Counted from the first letter of the stretch, positions 10,000-20,298 are shown. The stretch is 64,000 nucleotides of DNA from Candidatus Saccharimonadales bacterium (GCA_038206875.1 JBBRAK010000003.1:24034-88033), one strand, 5' to 3'. The notes: generated by a model from the sequence alone, not told the origin. Numbers and translations: made by a program.

Positions 10000-11754
10000 T
10001 TAAAAAGTCTCCTGACTGGTGTTTAGTAATTTGTCTAATGTTTTGGCACGTGCCAGAAGTTTGCGAGTCATATCGTCGTCTGCATCTTTCAAAGCTTCGC
10101 TTATTTGTATCTTTTTAGTTTTAACAAACATATCTATGAGGCGGATTCGGAGTCGATTGGCGGTATAACGCGCTTCGTGCTCATCGAGATCAATAAATAA
10201 CGCCTCGTATTGTAGTGCCACTATTTTAACATAGTCTACAATATCTCGCAACAGAGGTGCTTTTGCCAATTCTCCGTCAAATTCAGGATTTGACTGCAAA
10301 AAAGTAAGTAATTTTCTGGCTGTGTCTTGAGGCAACATCTCTGGATCGACCATTTCCAACTGGTCCCGTAGATACGGACGGACAAGGGCCAATGCCAGCA
10401 AATGATCTTGTGTTTTTGCCCACTCTAACTGCATTTGGTCTGTTTGAACACTTCGTTTACTCTGGTTTTTTTTGAGATGTTTAGGTGTTTCATTTTGTGA
10501 CAATTTTGAGTCCAAAGCTTCAACTCTGATACCTGTTATTTTAGATATTTCTTGTAAATAGTGATCTTGTTCTACGGCATCTTGAAGTCCGCGAACTGTA
10601 GGAAACAATATGTCGCTAAATCGCCTTTTGCCCTGACCTGTTTTTAGGTCTAGTTGTTTTTGGTACCGTTCAATTAGCCAGTCCAAAGCATATTGCCTTT
10701 TAGTAATGGCTTTTTCCCAAAGTTTGGGGTCTGATTTTATCAAATCGTCAGGATCCTTACCTTCAGATATAGTAATTATACTTAGTGAAACCTTCACTCG
10801 ACTAGCGATTGGGATTGCCCTCTCAGTAGCAGCCAATCCTGCTTTGTCAGCATCAAAAGCCAGTCGTATATCTCCAGCAAAACGACTAATAGTCTTTAGG
10901 TGAGGTTCTGTCAGCGCGGTGCCAGCCGTAGCGACGACATTGGTCACGCCTACTTGATGACTTGCAATCACGTCCAGGTTTCCTTCTACCAATACGGCAA
11001 AACCTTGTTTTCTTATGGCATCTTTTGCCAAATGTAGTCCGTAAACATGGCGTGATTTGTCGTATAACAAGGTTTGCGGAGTGTTTATATATTTGGGTGC
11101 ATTTTTGTCGTCATCTAGTTGCCTAGCAGTGAAACCTATCACTCGTCCTTGAGCGTCTTGAAGTGGTACCATCAAACGCCCTCGAAACATGTCGTTTGCT
11201 CCATTATATCGACTGACGGATAGGCCGGATTTCTGTATCTCGTCAGATGTAAATTTGTGTTTTGCAAGAAAATCAATCAATGCCGTTCCATTGTTTGGGC
11301 TATATCCCAGCCGAAACATTAAAGCTGTTGCTTTGCTAAATTTTCGTTCTTTCAGCACATAATCTAGGGATATTTTGTTTTTGCTAAACTGTACTTGATA
11401 AAATTTTGTTGCCATTTCTAGGGCTTCGTACAGTCGCTCTTTAAGCTTTGCGTTGCCTGCAGTTCTACTGCCGTACTGCTCCAAATCCACCCCGGATTTT
11501 CGCGCCAAAAGTTCTAAAGTGCCTTTGAAATCCAGCCCTTCCATTTCCATGACAAAACTAAAAACATTACCACCCTTACCACTACTAAAATCATGCCAAA
11601 TCTGTTTTTCTGGGCTGACAACAAAGCTTGGTGTTTTTTCGTCATTAAATGGGCTTAAGCCTTTGAAGTTTCGACCTGCTCGTTTTAGTTGAACATATTC
11701 ACCTATAATATCTTCTATATTTAACCGAGACTTAACCTCTTCTACCGCATCCAT
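10000..11754 (-). CDS. dnaG: DNA primase
   Basis: The N-terminal primase motif is SPFNDEKTPSFVVSPEKQIWHDF. A TOPRIM region is present (VLVEGNLDVIASHQ...AFDADKAG). It forms the conserved dnaG-rpoD operon. The zinc ligands are substituted (see findings). Confidence 0.9.
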   Translation of the reverse strand: MDAVEEVKSRLNIEDIIGEYVQLKRAGRNFKGLSPFNDEKTPSFVVSPEKQIWHDFSSGKGGNVFSFVMEMEGLDFKGTLELLARKSGVDLEQYGSRTAGNAKLKERLYEALEMATKFYQVQFSKNKISLDYVLKERKFSKATALMFRLGYSPNNGTALIDFLAKHKFTSDEIQKSGLSVSRYNGANDMFRGRLMVPLQDAQGRVIGFTARQLDDDKNAPKYINTPQTLLYDKSRHVYGLHLAKDAIRKQGFAVLVEGNLDVIASHQVGVTNVVATAGTALTEPHLKTISRFAGDIRLAFDADKAGLAATERAIPIASRVKVSLSIITISEGKDPDDLIKSDPKLWEKAITKRQYALDWLIERYQKQLDLKTGQGKRRFSDILFPTVRGLQDAVEQDHYLQEISKITGIRVEALDSKLSQNETPKHLKKNQSKRSVQTDQMQLEWAKTQDHLLALALVRPYLRDQLEMVDPEMLPQDTARKLLTFLQSNPEFDGELAKAPLLRDIVDYVKIVALQYEALFIDLDEHEARYTANRLRIRLIDMFVKTKKIQISEALKDADDDMTRKLLARAKTLDKLLNTSQETF

Positions 11755-11844
11755 ATAACTAGGGTACAGCTTTTAAGAGACACCGTACAGCATAAGGGGA
11801 TCAAATTAACCGCAATATATTATCTGCAATCAGCTGTTACAATA

Positions 11845-12555
11845 TTGCTTATGCCTAATGATAAATTAGCAGGACTGCTAATCAAAAAAGATAGTAACGA
11901 GCCAGACGACAATTCTGGTGTCCAACCCCTAGCCCCACCCGCACCACCACCTTTGCAAACAATAACTGCCCAAAACAACCCGTATGATTTCATAACTAAC
12001 CCAGCCTCGCAGCCTAAAAAAAAGCTTTTCCCTGGTGGAAATTCACTCACTAGTAGACTCATATTCATTGGTGGCGGTGTAGTCATACTATTCTTGATTG
12101 GGATGCTGGTAATCTCTCTACTAAACAGTGGTGCAAAATCGCTTAAAAATGAATATACAAGTCTGGTTCTACAACAAGCAGAACTGATTAGAGTGAGTGA
12201 TATCGGAGTAGAGAAAGCCCGACAATCAAAAGCCAAAAATTTAGCCATAACTACCAGATTAAGTTTGACTTCACAGCAACCTGATTTGCTAGCTTTGGCC
12301 AAAAAAGCCGGCGCTCCCACAGAACCAAAAATCTTGGCCACTGGTGCAGATGCCAAAACAGACACCCTTCTAACCACTGCTGACCAATCCAATCAGTTTG
12401 ACGAAGAATTTACAAAATTCATATACGCTAGCCTATTAAAATACCAACAATCCCTCAAAAATGTATATGATGCTACCTCGAAGACTTCTACAAAAGATAC
12501 CCTATCCAAAAACTTCAATGCGGTAAATGTTCTTTTGAAAACTCAAGATGAATAA
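11845..12555 (+). CDS. hypothetical single-pass membrane protein
   Basis: A Pro-rich N-terminus is followed by one TM helix (LIFIGGGVVILFLIGMLVISLL) and a soluble C-terminal domain. I prefer it over the overlapping antisense ORF 11820..12392. Confidence 0.5.
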   Translation: MLMPNDKLAGLLIKKDSNEPDDNSGVQPLAPPAPPPLQTITAQNNPYDFITNPASQPKKKLFPGGNSLTSRLIFIGGGVVILFLIGMLVISLLNSGAKSLKNEYTSLVLQQAELIRVSDIGVEKARQSKAKNLAITTRLSLTSQQPDLLALAKKAGAPTEPKILATGADAKTDTLLTTADQSNQFDEEFTKFIYASLLKYQQSLKNVYDATSKTSTKDTLSKNFNAVNVLLKTQDE

Positions 12556-12599
12556 CTTGAGCAGGTTTTATAGGTAGATTCAACTACCTGAAGCATCAC

Positions 12600-12959
12600 C
12601 TAGCTCAGATCCGGTGCCGATTGGTCTCCTACGCCACTGACCAAATTATAAGAATGCAATATCAACCCCTGAACCTCCTCCCGTGGCAATTGCCCGGACA
12701 AAATCACTGTAATCCAGTGTTTTTTGTTTAGATGATAGCCTTCTAGAACCGTTTCGTATTTTGCTCGGAGAATTTCTGACAGTTGCGGGTCGCATTTTAG
12801 ACTAATTTGCATTGGTTTTTTGCCTTCTGGTATCAGCGCAAACATTTTTCCGCCATCGGACTGACCAACTTTGTACACTGCAACCTCCTCACCAAATGGA
12901 TAGTCCAATCGGGCGTTTGGCATACTTAACACATATTCTTCAACTGTTTTATGATCCAT
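12600..12959 (-). CDS. MmcQ/YjbR-family protein
   Basis: 119 aa. Family-typical features: N-terminus VEEYVLSMPNARLDYPFGEEVAVYKVG, KMFALI, and HLNKKHWITV. Confidence 0.65.
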   Translation of the reverse strand: MDHKTVEEYVLSMPNARLDYPFGEEVAVYKVGQSDGGKMFALIPEGKKPMQISLKCDPQLSEILRAKYETVLEGYHLNKKHWITVILSGQLPREEVQGLILHSYNLVSGVGDQSAPDLS

Positions 12960-12997
12960 AACAACTAGAATATCGAATATAAGACCAAGAACCTAGC

Positions 12998-13645
12998 TTA
13001 TTTACATAGCTTTAGCAGAAGTTTCTGAAGTTCTTTGATGTTATCTACTATATAGTCGGCTCCGGCTTTCTCCAGTGATTCACGGGTTCCAAACCCATGC
13101 GTTATACCAATTGTTGTTGCTCCAGCGTTTTTGCCACTAAAAATGTCGTGTTCTGCGTCGCCCACCATGATCACTTCGTCTAGTTTCACGTTTAATTTAT
13201 TTGCAACCGTGACTACTCCTTCGTGATGCGGTTTCGGATTTACAACCTCATCACCACACAAAACTACATCTAGATATTTATTTATATTGAGAACTTCAAA
13301 CACGGAGTTTGTTCGTAATCTACCGGAGCTAGTGTATATTCCAAGTTTAAGACCTTTGTTTGCAAGATTTGTTAGTAATTCCGCTAGACCCTCGAAACCC
13401 TGAAATAAGTGTTTTCTTTCTATTTGCCAATCCCTATGCAACCCTGCCAACTTTTTTGAATCGTGACTGGGGGCAATCTCAGAATAAGTATGCTCTAGTG
13501 TACGTCCAATGTACGTTCTGATAATTTTTTCGTCATAGTCCTCGCCATACTTCGATAGAACGTGTTGGTATGCCCCAAGTATTAACTTTGTGCTGTCAAT
13601 CAACGTACCGTCCATATCAAAAATAACAGCTCGAATCTGTTTCAT
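12998..13645 (-). CDS. HAD-family phosphatase (phosphoglycolate phosphatase/PpaX-like)
   Basis: Motif I is VIFDMDGTLIDS, motif II is IYTSS, and motifs III/IV are K...MVGDAEHD. Confidence 0.75.
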   Translation of the reverse strand: MKQIRAVIFDMDGTLIDSTKLILGAYQHVLSKYGEDYDEKIIRTYIGRTLEHTYSEIAPSHDSKKLAGLHRDWQIERKHLFQGFEGLAELLTNLANKGLKLGIYTSSGRLRTNSVFEVLNINKYLDVVLCGDEVVNPKPHHEGVVTVANKLNVKLDEVIMVGDAEHDIFSGKNAGATTIGITHGFGTRESLEKAGADYIVDNIKELQKLLLKLCK

Positions 13646-13648
13646 AAG

Positions 13649-14209
13649 CTAATCATTGTTCTTGAAATATTCTAAATAGCTCTGCAATTCTGCAATGGAA
13701 GCTTGGATATCATCAAATGCGCGATGGACTTCTTTTTTTTCGAAATTTACTCCATATTTAGCCTGCATAACTATTTTCCAACTACTGACATCTAACATAC
13801 GATAGTGAAGTTTTAAGTCCAGGCTTGGCATCCATTTTTTTATAAACGCGCGGTCGTTGTGTATAGAATTCCCCGCCAGAACAGCAGGCTCATCACCGAA
13901 GTGTTTTTGTACTAGAGCAATCATTTCTTGTTCAACTACACTTAGTTCCTTGCCCCCTGGTAGTTTCTGTATAAACTCATCACGGTTTGCAGGATAATCA
14001 CGCCACCAAATGTTTGCCTGCATACGAGATACTACTGTGTCGTGGTCTTGTTTTACGATTGCTTCGTAACTACCTAGTGTTTTGTAGCTAAAATCCGTTA
14101 CTTCACCCGCTATTTCCAAAATCACATCACTTTCTACGTCCAAACCAGTCATCTCTAGATCTACCCACAACAGTTTGGTGGGAATAGCTTTTTTATCAAT
14201 CATATTCAC
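13649..14209 (-). CDS. orn: oligoribonuclease
   Basis: DEDDh exonuclease motifs are present (LLWVDLEMTGLD, NSIHNDRAFI, HRAFDDIQASIAEL). Size is 186 aa. Confidence 0.85.
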   Translation of the reverse strand: MNMIDKKAIPTKLLWVDLEMTGLDVESDVILEIAGEVTDFSYKTLGSYEAIVKQDHDTVVSRMQANIWWRDYPANRDEFIQKLPGGKELSVVEQEMIALVQKHFGDEPAVLAGNSIHNDRAFIKKWMPSLDLKLHYRMLDVSSWKIVMQAKYGVNFEKKEVHRAFDDIQASIAELQSYLEYFKNND

Positions 14210-14249
14210 GAATTATACCTTGATTGCAGTAGTTGCGTATAATAAAACT

Positions 14250-15002
14250 GTGAAGAAAACAATTTTTGCAACAATCCTAGTGTTAGGTTTTACAACTTTT
14301 ATATTACTTTTTGCCAAAAACGCTAGTGCCCCAAGTAGTAAAGATTCCAAAAACGCCCCTACCCAATCTGAAACCACATCCACATTTGATAAAACAACAC
14401 ATCCCTTGGACCAGCCAGGAAGCCTATGGTGGATTGTCAGCAAAGTACGCCCTATAAACCCTGTATCCTACGCACCAGACGACTTGACCGTACCCAAGGT
14501 GGCCCTACGCTCACCGAGCAGTAGTGAGTCTAGGCTCCGTCAAGAGCCCGCAACTGCTTTGGAAAACATGATTACTTCAGCCAAAAAAGAAAATATAAAA
14601 CTATTGCTTGCTAGTGGATATAGATCTTACCAACTACAAGTATCTGTCTACAACGGCTATGTGCTAAAGCTTGGGCAAGCTGGCGCGGACAAAGTGAGCG
14701 CCCGCCCCGGTACTAGTGAACACCAAACTGGATTGGCGGTAGATTTAGGTGCTACCTCAAAAGAATGTGAACTAGAAGTATGTTTTGCCAATACTGCCGA
14801 AGGTAAGTGGCTAGCCGAAAACGCTTATAAATTCGGTTTTATTTTACGCTATCCAGAGGGCAAATATGACATTGTCGGTTATGATTTTGAGCCATGGCAC
14901 TTCCGGTACACTGGAGTGGAGCTAGCCACAGAAATGCACAACCAAAACATACAAACACTAGAAGAATTTTTCAACGAAATCCCCGACAAACAACCCTACT
15001 AG
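14250..15002 (+). CDS. D-alanyl-D-alanine carboxypeptidase, VanY/M15B family (exported)
   Basis: Family motifs are SEHQTGLAVDL and EPWHFRY. I prefer the in-frame GTG at 14250, which gives a signal/anchor peptide (KKTIFATILVLGFTTFILLFA). The ORF-track start at 14175 overlaps orn. Confidence 0.8.
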   Translation: MKKTIFATILVLGFTTFILLFAKNASAPSSKDSKNAPTQSETTSTFDKTTHPLDQPGSLWWIVSKVRPINPVSYAPDDLTVPKVALRSPSSSESRLRQEPATALENMITSAKKENIKLLLASGYRSYQLQVSVYNGYVLKLGQAGADKVSARPGTSEHQTGLAVDLGATSKECELEVCFANTAEGKWLAENAYKFGFILRYPEGKYDIVGYDFEPWHFRYTGVELATEMHNQNIQTLEEFFNEIPDKQPY

Positions 15003-15025
15003 CTAAAGGCGTATTTACAGGAATT

Positions 15026-16519
15026 TTAAAATTCGGTGCTTTTTATAACTTTTACGGGTGTATATTTATTTAATATATCCGTCACTCTGGTAGTTTGGGC
15101 ATCTACGGTGGTGTTGTTTTGAGATTTAGCAAGTGCCTCACCTGCTAAATCTAACGGCCACAGCATAAAATCATGTCTGGCTTTTACCTGGCTTGATGCT
15201 TTTTGAGCAGCCGTCCATTCATAATGCATGTATACAGGCAGAAGTTTGGGTTCTCGAACCGTAAGTGTTGCAACGTCAATATCCATGACTGCCATACCAC
15301 CTATCAAATTATTTATAGGAAGTTGCGAGCCCAAAAAATTGCCCAAACTAAACCATACCAGCGTCTTATGACTATCCGTTCCATCCAGTATTTTGGTTGG
15401 TTGAAGTACATTTGGTCCACTCCCAACGACTACATCTACGTTTTGAGTTGCCAGATGTTGAGCAATACGCTCTTGGTCAGGGTTGATGTCATTGCTGTCT
15501 TCAGTGCCCCAGTTGATGCTAACAAGCACTACCTGAGCATTTTTGTGTGCTTCGATTATTTGTTGAGTTGCCAGTTCGTCGCTGTACATGTTTAGTCCGT
15601 ACGGGGTCACCTGCGTGTTTAAGCTTTTGGTTGCATAAGATAAATATGCAAACTTTAAACCTTTGACTGTAAAATATCGTATCTTTGCCTGCTCTTCTGC
15701 CGAACGGTTAGCTCCTGCAACTGCCAAAATATTTTTAGAATTTTCCAGCGTATTTAGTGTAGCGTCTATTGCTGGCTGACCTTTGTCGTTAATGTGCTCG
15801 CTTGCAAGATTTATTATGTTACACCCAAGCCCTGCAAAACCAGATGACCATTCTACTGGGGCATTAAAAGTTGGGTATGCGCTGATTGCTAATCCACCTT
15901 TGTCTCCGCCACCAGGAGTTGTCTCGTTACACAGTCGTATGTCTGATTTATCAAAAAATGGCTTGAAGCCAGACATCATAGGTAAATAGTTGTAGCTTCC
16001 GTCTGGCTGTTTTGCAGCGTCGTTAATAGACTCGAATGCCATGCTGTCACCAACTGCAGTGAATCGAATTTTTCCTGTCGGTTTTGATGTTACGGTAGAC
16101 GCTGAATCGGGAGTTTTTAGGGTATCTTCGAACTGTTTATCACTTTTGCTTCCCTTTTTAAATGTATAAAATATCCCTCCCGCAGCCAAAATAATAATCA
16201 AAAATAGCATTATGAATAGAATCTTTTTCTTCTTGTTCGATTTTTTTGTACGTTTTTTACCACGTTTAAAAAGTTTTAGTTTTCGGCGAGTTTTTTTGGC
16301 GGGTTTGGACGGTCTTGCTGGGGATGAGGTACGAGGTTGCGATGCAGTAGTTTTGACATTGTTTGTCAAAACAGATGCCCAAGTAGGGTTTACTGTAGGT
16401 TCTTTTTGCGCAGGCTTAGGTGGTTCGGCACGAGCAGGTCGCTTTTGTCTACCATAATTAGTTGGGATTGGGTCCTTCCTGGTCCCACCCCGAAATCGAT
16501 CTCGAATATCATCATCCAT
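15026..16519 (-). CDS. CapA-family metallophosphoesterase-like protein (poly-gamma-glutamate synthesis family), membrane anchored
   Basis: A basic disordered N-terminus and a TM helix (ILFIMLFLIIILAAGGIF) precede a CapA-like core (IRFTAVGDSM...NLASEHINDKG). Confidence 0.65.
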   Translation of the reverse strand: MDDDIRDRFRGGTRKDPIPTNYGRQKRPARAEPPKPAQKEPTVNPTWASVLTNNVKTTASQPRTSSPARPSKPAKKTRRKLKLFKRGKKRTKKSNKKKKILFIMLFLIIILAAGGIFYTFKKGSKSDKQFEDTLKTPDSASTVTSKPTGKIRFTAVGDSMAFESINDAAKQPDGSYNYLPMMSGFKPFFDKSDIRLCNETTPGGGDKGGLAISAYPTFNAPVEWSSGFAGLGCNIINLASEHINDKGQPAIDATLNTLENSKNILAVAGANRSAEEQAKIRYFTVKGLKFAYLSYATKSLNTQVTPYGLNMYSDELATQQIIEAHKNAQVVLVSINWGTEDSNDINPDQERIAQHLATQNVDVVVGSGPNVLQPTKILDGTDSHKTLVWFSLGNFLGSQLPINNLIGGMAVMDIDVATLTVREPKLLPVYMHYEWTAAQKASSQVKARHDFMLWPLDLAGEALAKSQNNTTVDAQTTRVTDILNKYTPVKVIKSTEF

Positions 16520-16544
16520 TGGGTTCTATTGTACCAGTTAAATT

Positions 16545-17051
16545 TTACTCGAACCTAAAAAGTTGTGGATTTTTTTGTACATCATCAGAAGTGAAAACAC
16601 CGCCATTCATACATATGTAGACGCCCGGTTTTAAGAGTGGGAATGTCCCAATAGCAAATCCTAGATTGAACCCAGCATCAGATGTACTAAATCCAGTCAA
16701 AGGGATCATTGAACCAGTCAATATAACTTTCTTAGAATCACTTATTTTATCTTCGATATACTTAGCTGTTTCTACCATTGTAAACGTACCGTGAGTGATT
16801 AATATATCGTCTTCCTCAGATTTGCCAATTAAATCAACTAGTCGTTCACGGTCTCCCTTGGTAAGCTCCCTACTATCTTTCTGTGCAACTGTATCAATAT
16901 CGTACTCGAAGTGTGGTTTTAAAATTCTATTGAAGTAATTCTCTAAAGATGTGTCAATTCCAATTAGCTTTTTTATTAATTCGTCGTAAGATGGGTCAAA
17001 AAATTCAATCGTACCGCCCATTTTTATAATATGTACTTGGAACTTTGTCAT
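16545..17051 (-). CDS. asparaginase/glutaminase-family protein (short, N-terminal domain only)
   Basis: Asparaginase signatures are present (KMGGTIEF Thr motif and ILITHGTFTMVETA). At 168 aa it is about half the length of canonical type I enzymes. Confidence 0.6.
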   Translation of the reverse strand: MTKFQVHIIKMGGTIEFFDPSYDELIKKLIGIDTSLENYFNRILKPHFEYDIDTVAQKDSRELTKGDRERLVDLIGKSEEDDILITHGTFTMVETAKYIEDKISDSKKVILTGSMIPLTGFSTSDAGFNLGFAIGTFPLLKPGVYICMNGGVFTSDDVQKNPQLFRFE

Positions 17052-17060
17052 GTATCTATT

Positions 17061-17465
17061 CTACTTCTTTTTTGGTTGAAAGTTGAGGCAGACGGAGTTT
17101 ATGCAGTAGTGTTTGCCTGTTGGGGTGTCTTCTACGCCTTCAAACACGTGTCCTAAGTGGCTTCCGCATTTAGCGCAAACGGCTTCTATGCGCTTCATGC
17201 CCATAGAATTATCTTCTACCAAATCGACTGCTCCGCCATCTGCAATTTCCGCGAAACTTGGCCAACCCTGAAGACCTGGTGTTTTGGATTCGTGCTTGGA
17301 ATCGCTACTAAACAGCATAGCGCCACAAGCTGCGCAATTATAAACACCGTCTTTGGTGTTGCTTGTAAGTTCACCAGAAAATGGTGCTTCCGTGCCTTTC
17401 TGCCGTAACACCTTGAATTGCTCAGGAGTTAATTTCTTTTTCCACTCTTCATCAGTAAGTTTCAT
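17061..17465 (-). CDS. msrB: peptide-methionine (R)-S-oxide reductase
   Basis: The N-terminus is typical (WKKKLTPEQFKVLRQKGTEAPFSGE). Two CxxC zinc pairs are present, plus GWPSF, GHVF and the catalytic HYCINS. Confidence 0.9.
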   Translation of the reverse strand: MKLTDEEWKKKLTPEQFKVLRQKGTEAPFSGELTSNTKDGVYNCAACGAMLFSSDSKHESKTPGLQGWPSFAEIADGGAVDLVEDNSMGMKRIEAVCAKCGSHLGHVFEGVEDTPTGKHYCINSVCLNFQPKKK

Positions 17466-17495
17466 ACGTCTTATTATAGATGAAACTTACGCAAA

Positions 17496-17900
17496 TCATT
17501 TAATTTTTTTGTCTAGTTTATCCAGTTTCAATGCTTTTACAACAAAATAGACTGCCATCGCAACTATCGTAAAACTTATTAAGGCGTTTATAAAATTACC
17601 GTATCCAAGCTTACTACTACAAACACCATCAACAGATTTAAGACAATGGTATTTAGTACTAAAATCACCGCCACCGTACAAAAGGCCAATCAATGGGTTA
17701 AATATGTTGCTTACTAGTGAATCAACAACGCTTTTAGCTGCAATACCCAAAATAAGACCAACAGATAGCCCAACTACGCCTTGTTCTCGAACAAAATCGG
17801 TAAACCCCTGCAACCATTTGGGTGCTTTTACTGGTGGAAGTACTATTACTAGCTCTGTTTTACCAGCAATCTTTTTGACTGAACTTTTGCGTGATGACAT
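17496..17900 (-). CDS. mscL: large-conductance mechanosensitive channel
   Basis: The MscL TM1 signature is FVREQGVVGLSVGLILGIAAKSVVDSLVSNIFNPLIG. I chose the ATG at 17900, which is preceded by GGAGG. The ORF-track start at 17963 adds 21 unlikely residues. Confidence 0.8.
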   Translation of the reverse strand: MSSRKSSVKKIAGKTELVIVLPPVKAPKWLQGFTDFVREQGVVGLSVGLILGIAAKSVVDSLVSNIFNPLIGLLYGGGDFSTKYHCLKSVDGVCSSKLGYGNFINALISFTIVAMAVYFVVKALKLDKLDKKIK

Positions 17901-17966
17901 ATATCCTCCAAAAAACTTAAATTTTCTAGCCCACTTTATAGAATTATTATAACATTTTTGCAACTA

Positions 17967-18587
17967 TTATAGTAGGTGGTCTGCAATCTGTTGTGGTTTA
18001 TCGACTACATACGTCGGTTTGGCAGATTTTAAAGTGCTGGGATGTTGCAAGCCCCAGGTGACTGCTATGCTGTTGACGCCTGCTTTTTTGGCAGCTTCAA
18101 TGTCTCTGAGCTCATCGCCAACATACCAGACATCACTTTTACTTGCTCTTTTAGATCTGGTAAACCTTTTGATAACTGGAGCTTTGCCAAAAAGTCCGCT
18201 AGAAGGCAGTACGTTTATTTTGTCTAACAGATTATATCTGCCAAGCACTGACAAGATAATTTTTCTGCTGTTGGTACTTAAAACACATATCTCTATTCCT
18301 TCAGCATGAAGCTGAGCTATAAGCTCTGGTATACCATGAAAAAGTTCAATTTCGTTTGTTCGAAGTGCTAGCATCCGTTTTGCCTGCACCAAAGCATACG
18401 GCACGTCTCGATAAGACACGCCAAGAGTTTTTAGACCGTCTTTGATGTTGCCTTTGCGCAATTTTTCATAAAATTTTTCATCGACTTTTGGCCAGCCTTT
18501 TTTACTACCAATTTCATTGCCTATTTCTAAAAAAAGCGATTTCATGTCCGCCAAAGTGCCATCAAAATCAAAAATTACATATTTCAT
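17967..18587 (-). CDS. HAD-family phosphatase
   Basis: Motif I is VIFDFDGTLAD, with LSTNS and YVGDELRDIEAAKKAG also present. Confidence 0.75.
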   Translation of the reverse strand: MKYVIFDFDGTLADMKSLFLEIGNEIGSKKGWPKVDEKFYEKLRKGNIKDGLKTLGVSYRDVPYALVQAKRMLALRTNEIELFHGIPELIAQLHAEGIEICVLSTNSRKIILSVLGRYNLLDKINVLPSSGLFGKAPVIKRFTRSKRASKSDVWYVGDELRDIEAAKKAGVNSIAVTWGLQHPSTLKSAKPTYVVDKPQQIADHLL

Positions 18588-18589
18588 AA

Positions 18590-20251
18590 TTACATCGTGT
18601 CTGGAGCTGGGATATTTAGTAGCTCTAAGCCGTTTTTTAGAATGTCAGCATAGGAATGTACCAACGTTAAACGCACAGATTGACGAGGATCGTCAATTAC
18701 TCGATTGTGTTCATAAAATCTATTAAATTCTTGTGAAAGTTCATATAAATACATACAAACGTGATGTGGCATGAGGTATTGCACTGCTCTGTCCACGACT
18801 TCTGCGTATTCACCAATTTTTCGTAGTAAACTTCTCTCATCTTTTTCAAATCTGTTTACCGGCTGCTGTTTGCTGTCAGCTGTTTTGACTTTGCTCAAAA
18901 TACTCCGTGCCCGGGCGTGTGCATACTGTAAATAAGGTCCGCTGTTGCCTTCTAACGCCACTGATTCAGCAGGGTCATAAACAATATCTCCCCCAATTCG
19001 GTTTTTCAAAAAAGCATATTTAATCGCAGCAAGTGCTGTGGATTCATCTTTCTGTCCTGTTGCAGACTCATTTGCCACTTGAGCTACGTCAATCACGTCT
19101 ACCGCACGCAAAATATTACCCCTGCGACTGCTCATTTTTGCACCACCAGCTAGTTTTACCATGCCGTGAGTCAAGTGCGTGGTTGCCTGTGCGTGTTCTG
19201 GGTCAAATTGTTGTACAACCTTTAGCACCACTTTCATATATTCGACAATGTCGTTGCCTGTGATGATGATTGATTTATCAGGATGATAGTCGTTTGTTTT
19301 GGCAATTGTCAGCCCCAAGTCTTTTGCCTCGTATGTTGGCAATCCTTGTGAGTTTATAAATACTCGGGTGTGTAGTCCATGTTCTTCGCCCTTGAAAACA
19401 ATTGCACCATCTGACTTTTCCAAAACGCCACTTTTGAGAAGTTCTTGAGCTTTTTGTAGTCCCAGTGGAGCGGTTTCACTTTCTGGGTAATATTTATCAA
19501 AATGACTGCCTATTCGTGTATAAAATTCTTTGAAATAATCATAGCTCCATTGCCGGCAAGTCCAATAAATTTGTGCAAATGGTGAGTCGTGGTCGTTGTC
19601 GGCATATAGTTGATATACTCGTTTGTTCAGATTGATGATTTCGCTTTTTGCCTTGTCATCGTTCTCGTATGCAGTTGTACCAGCTACATAGCACTGGGTA
19701 AGCCATTCGGAGCGTTCGTTTACTTCATTTAGCTTGTCGGGGTTTTCTCCGCCAATCTCTTGCAAAATCGACCACATAGCTTTGCCTACGTGCAGACCAA
19801 CATCTCCGCCAAAATTAACTCTATAAACTTTTGCTCCAGAACTTTCTAGAAGTTTTGCAACAGCGTCACCAACAACACTAGTGTATAGGTGCCCTGCATG
19901 TAAGACTTTGAAAGGATTTGGATCTGAATATTCAACCACTACTATATCCCCTTCCAAAGTTTGCTCCGGTTTCTGCTCGGATAACTGCACTAACGCGTCA
20001 TCAGTTAACTCAAGATTTATAAACCCCGGGCCTGCAATACTCATTGAACTTATAGCTGGATGTTTAACGGTTTCTTTAATAGCCTCGGCTACTTCCCGGG
20101 GATTTTTGTTCAGTTTTTTACTAAGTTGCAACGCCACATTGGTTGCGTAGTCACCAAATTGTTCGTCTGGGCGCGTAAGTTCAACCTCCACATCCACACT
20201 GAACAAATCCTTGCACACTCCAGCGATTGCCTGTTCAAGTTCCTGTCTCAT
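18590..20251 (-). CDS. argS: arginine--tRNA ligase
   Basis: The class I HIGH region is KVLHAGHLYTSVVGD. The MSSRRGN loop and an ArgRS anticodon-binding C-terminus are present. Size is 553 aa. Confidence 0.92.
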   Translation of the reverse strand: MRQELEQAIAGVCKDLFSVDVEVELTRPDEQFGDYATNVALQLSKKLNKNPREVAEAIKETVKHPAISSMSIAGPGFINLELTDDALVQLSEQKPEQTLEGDIVVVEYSDPNPFKVLHAGHLYTSVVGDAVAKLLESSGAKVYRVNFGGDVGLHVGKAMWSILQEIGGENPDKLNEVNERSEWLTQCYVAGTTAYENDDKAKSEIINLNKRVYQLYADNDHDSPFAQIYWTCRQWSYDYFKEFYTRIGSHFDKYYPESETAPLGLQKAQELLKSGVLEKSDGAIVFKGEEHGLHTRVFINSQGLPTYEAKDLGLTIAKTNDYHPDKSIIITGNDIVEYMKVVLKVVQQFDPEHAQATTHLTHGMVKLAGGAKMSSRRGNILRAVDVIDVAQVANESATGQKDESTALAAIKYAFLKNRIGGDIVYDPAESVALEGNSGPYLQYAHARARSILSKVKTADSKQQPVNRFEKDERSLLRKIGEYAEVVDRAVQYLMPHHVCMYLYELSQEFNRFYEHNRVIDDPRQSVRLTLVHSYADILKNGLELLNIPAPDTM

Positions 20252-20298
20252 TACTCTAACTATAACAGAGATAGATTTCTAAAAAGAAACATACCTCT

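Noticed and set aside
11820-12392. 190-aa minus-strand ORF overlapping 11845..12555
   Set aside because: It is a shadow frame of the plus-strand gene. The plus-strand product has a coherent layout of Pro-rich N-terminus, TM helix and soluble domain. The minus-strand product is Ser/Ala/Cys-rich with no start context.
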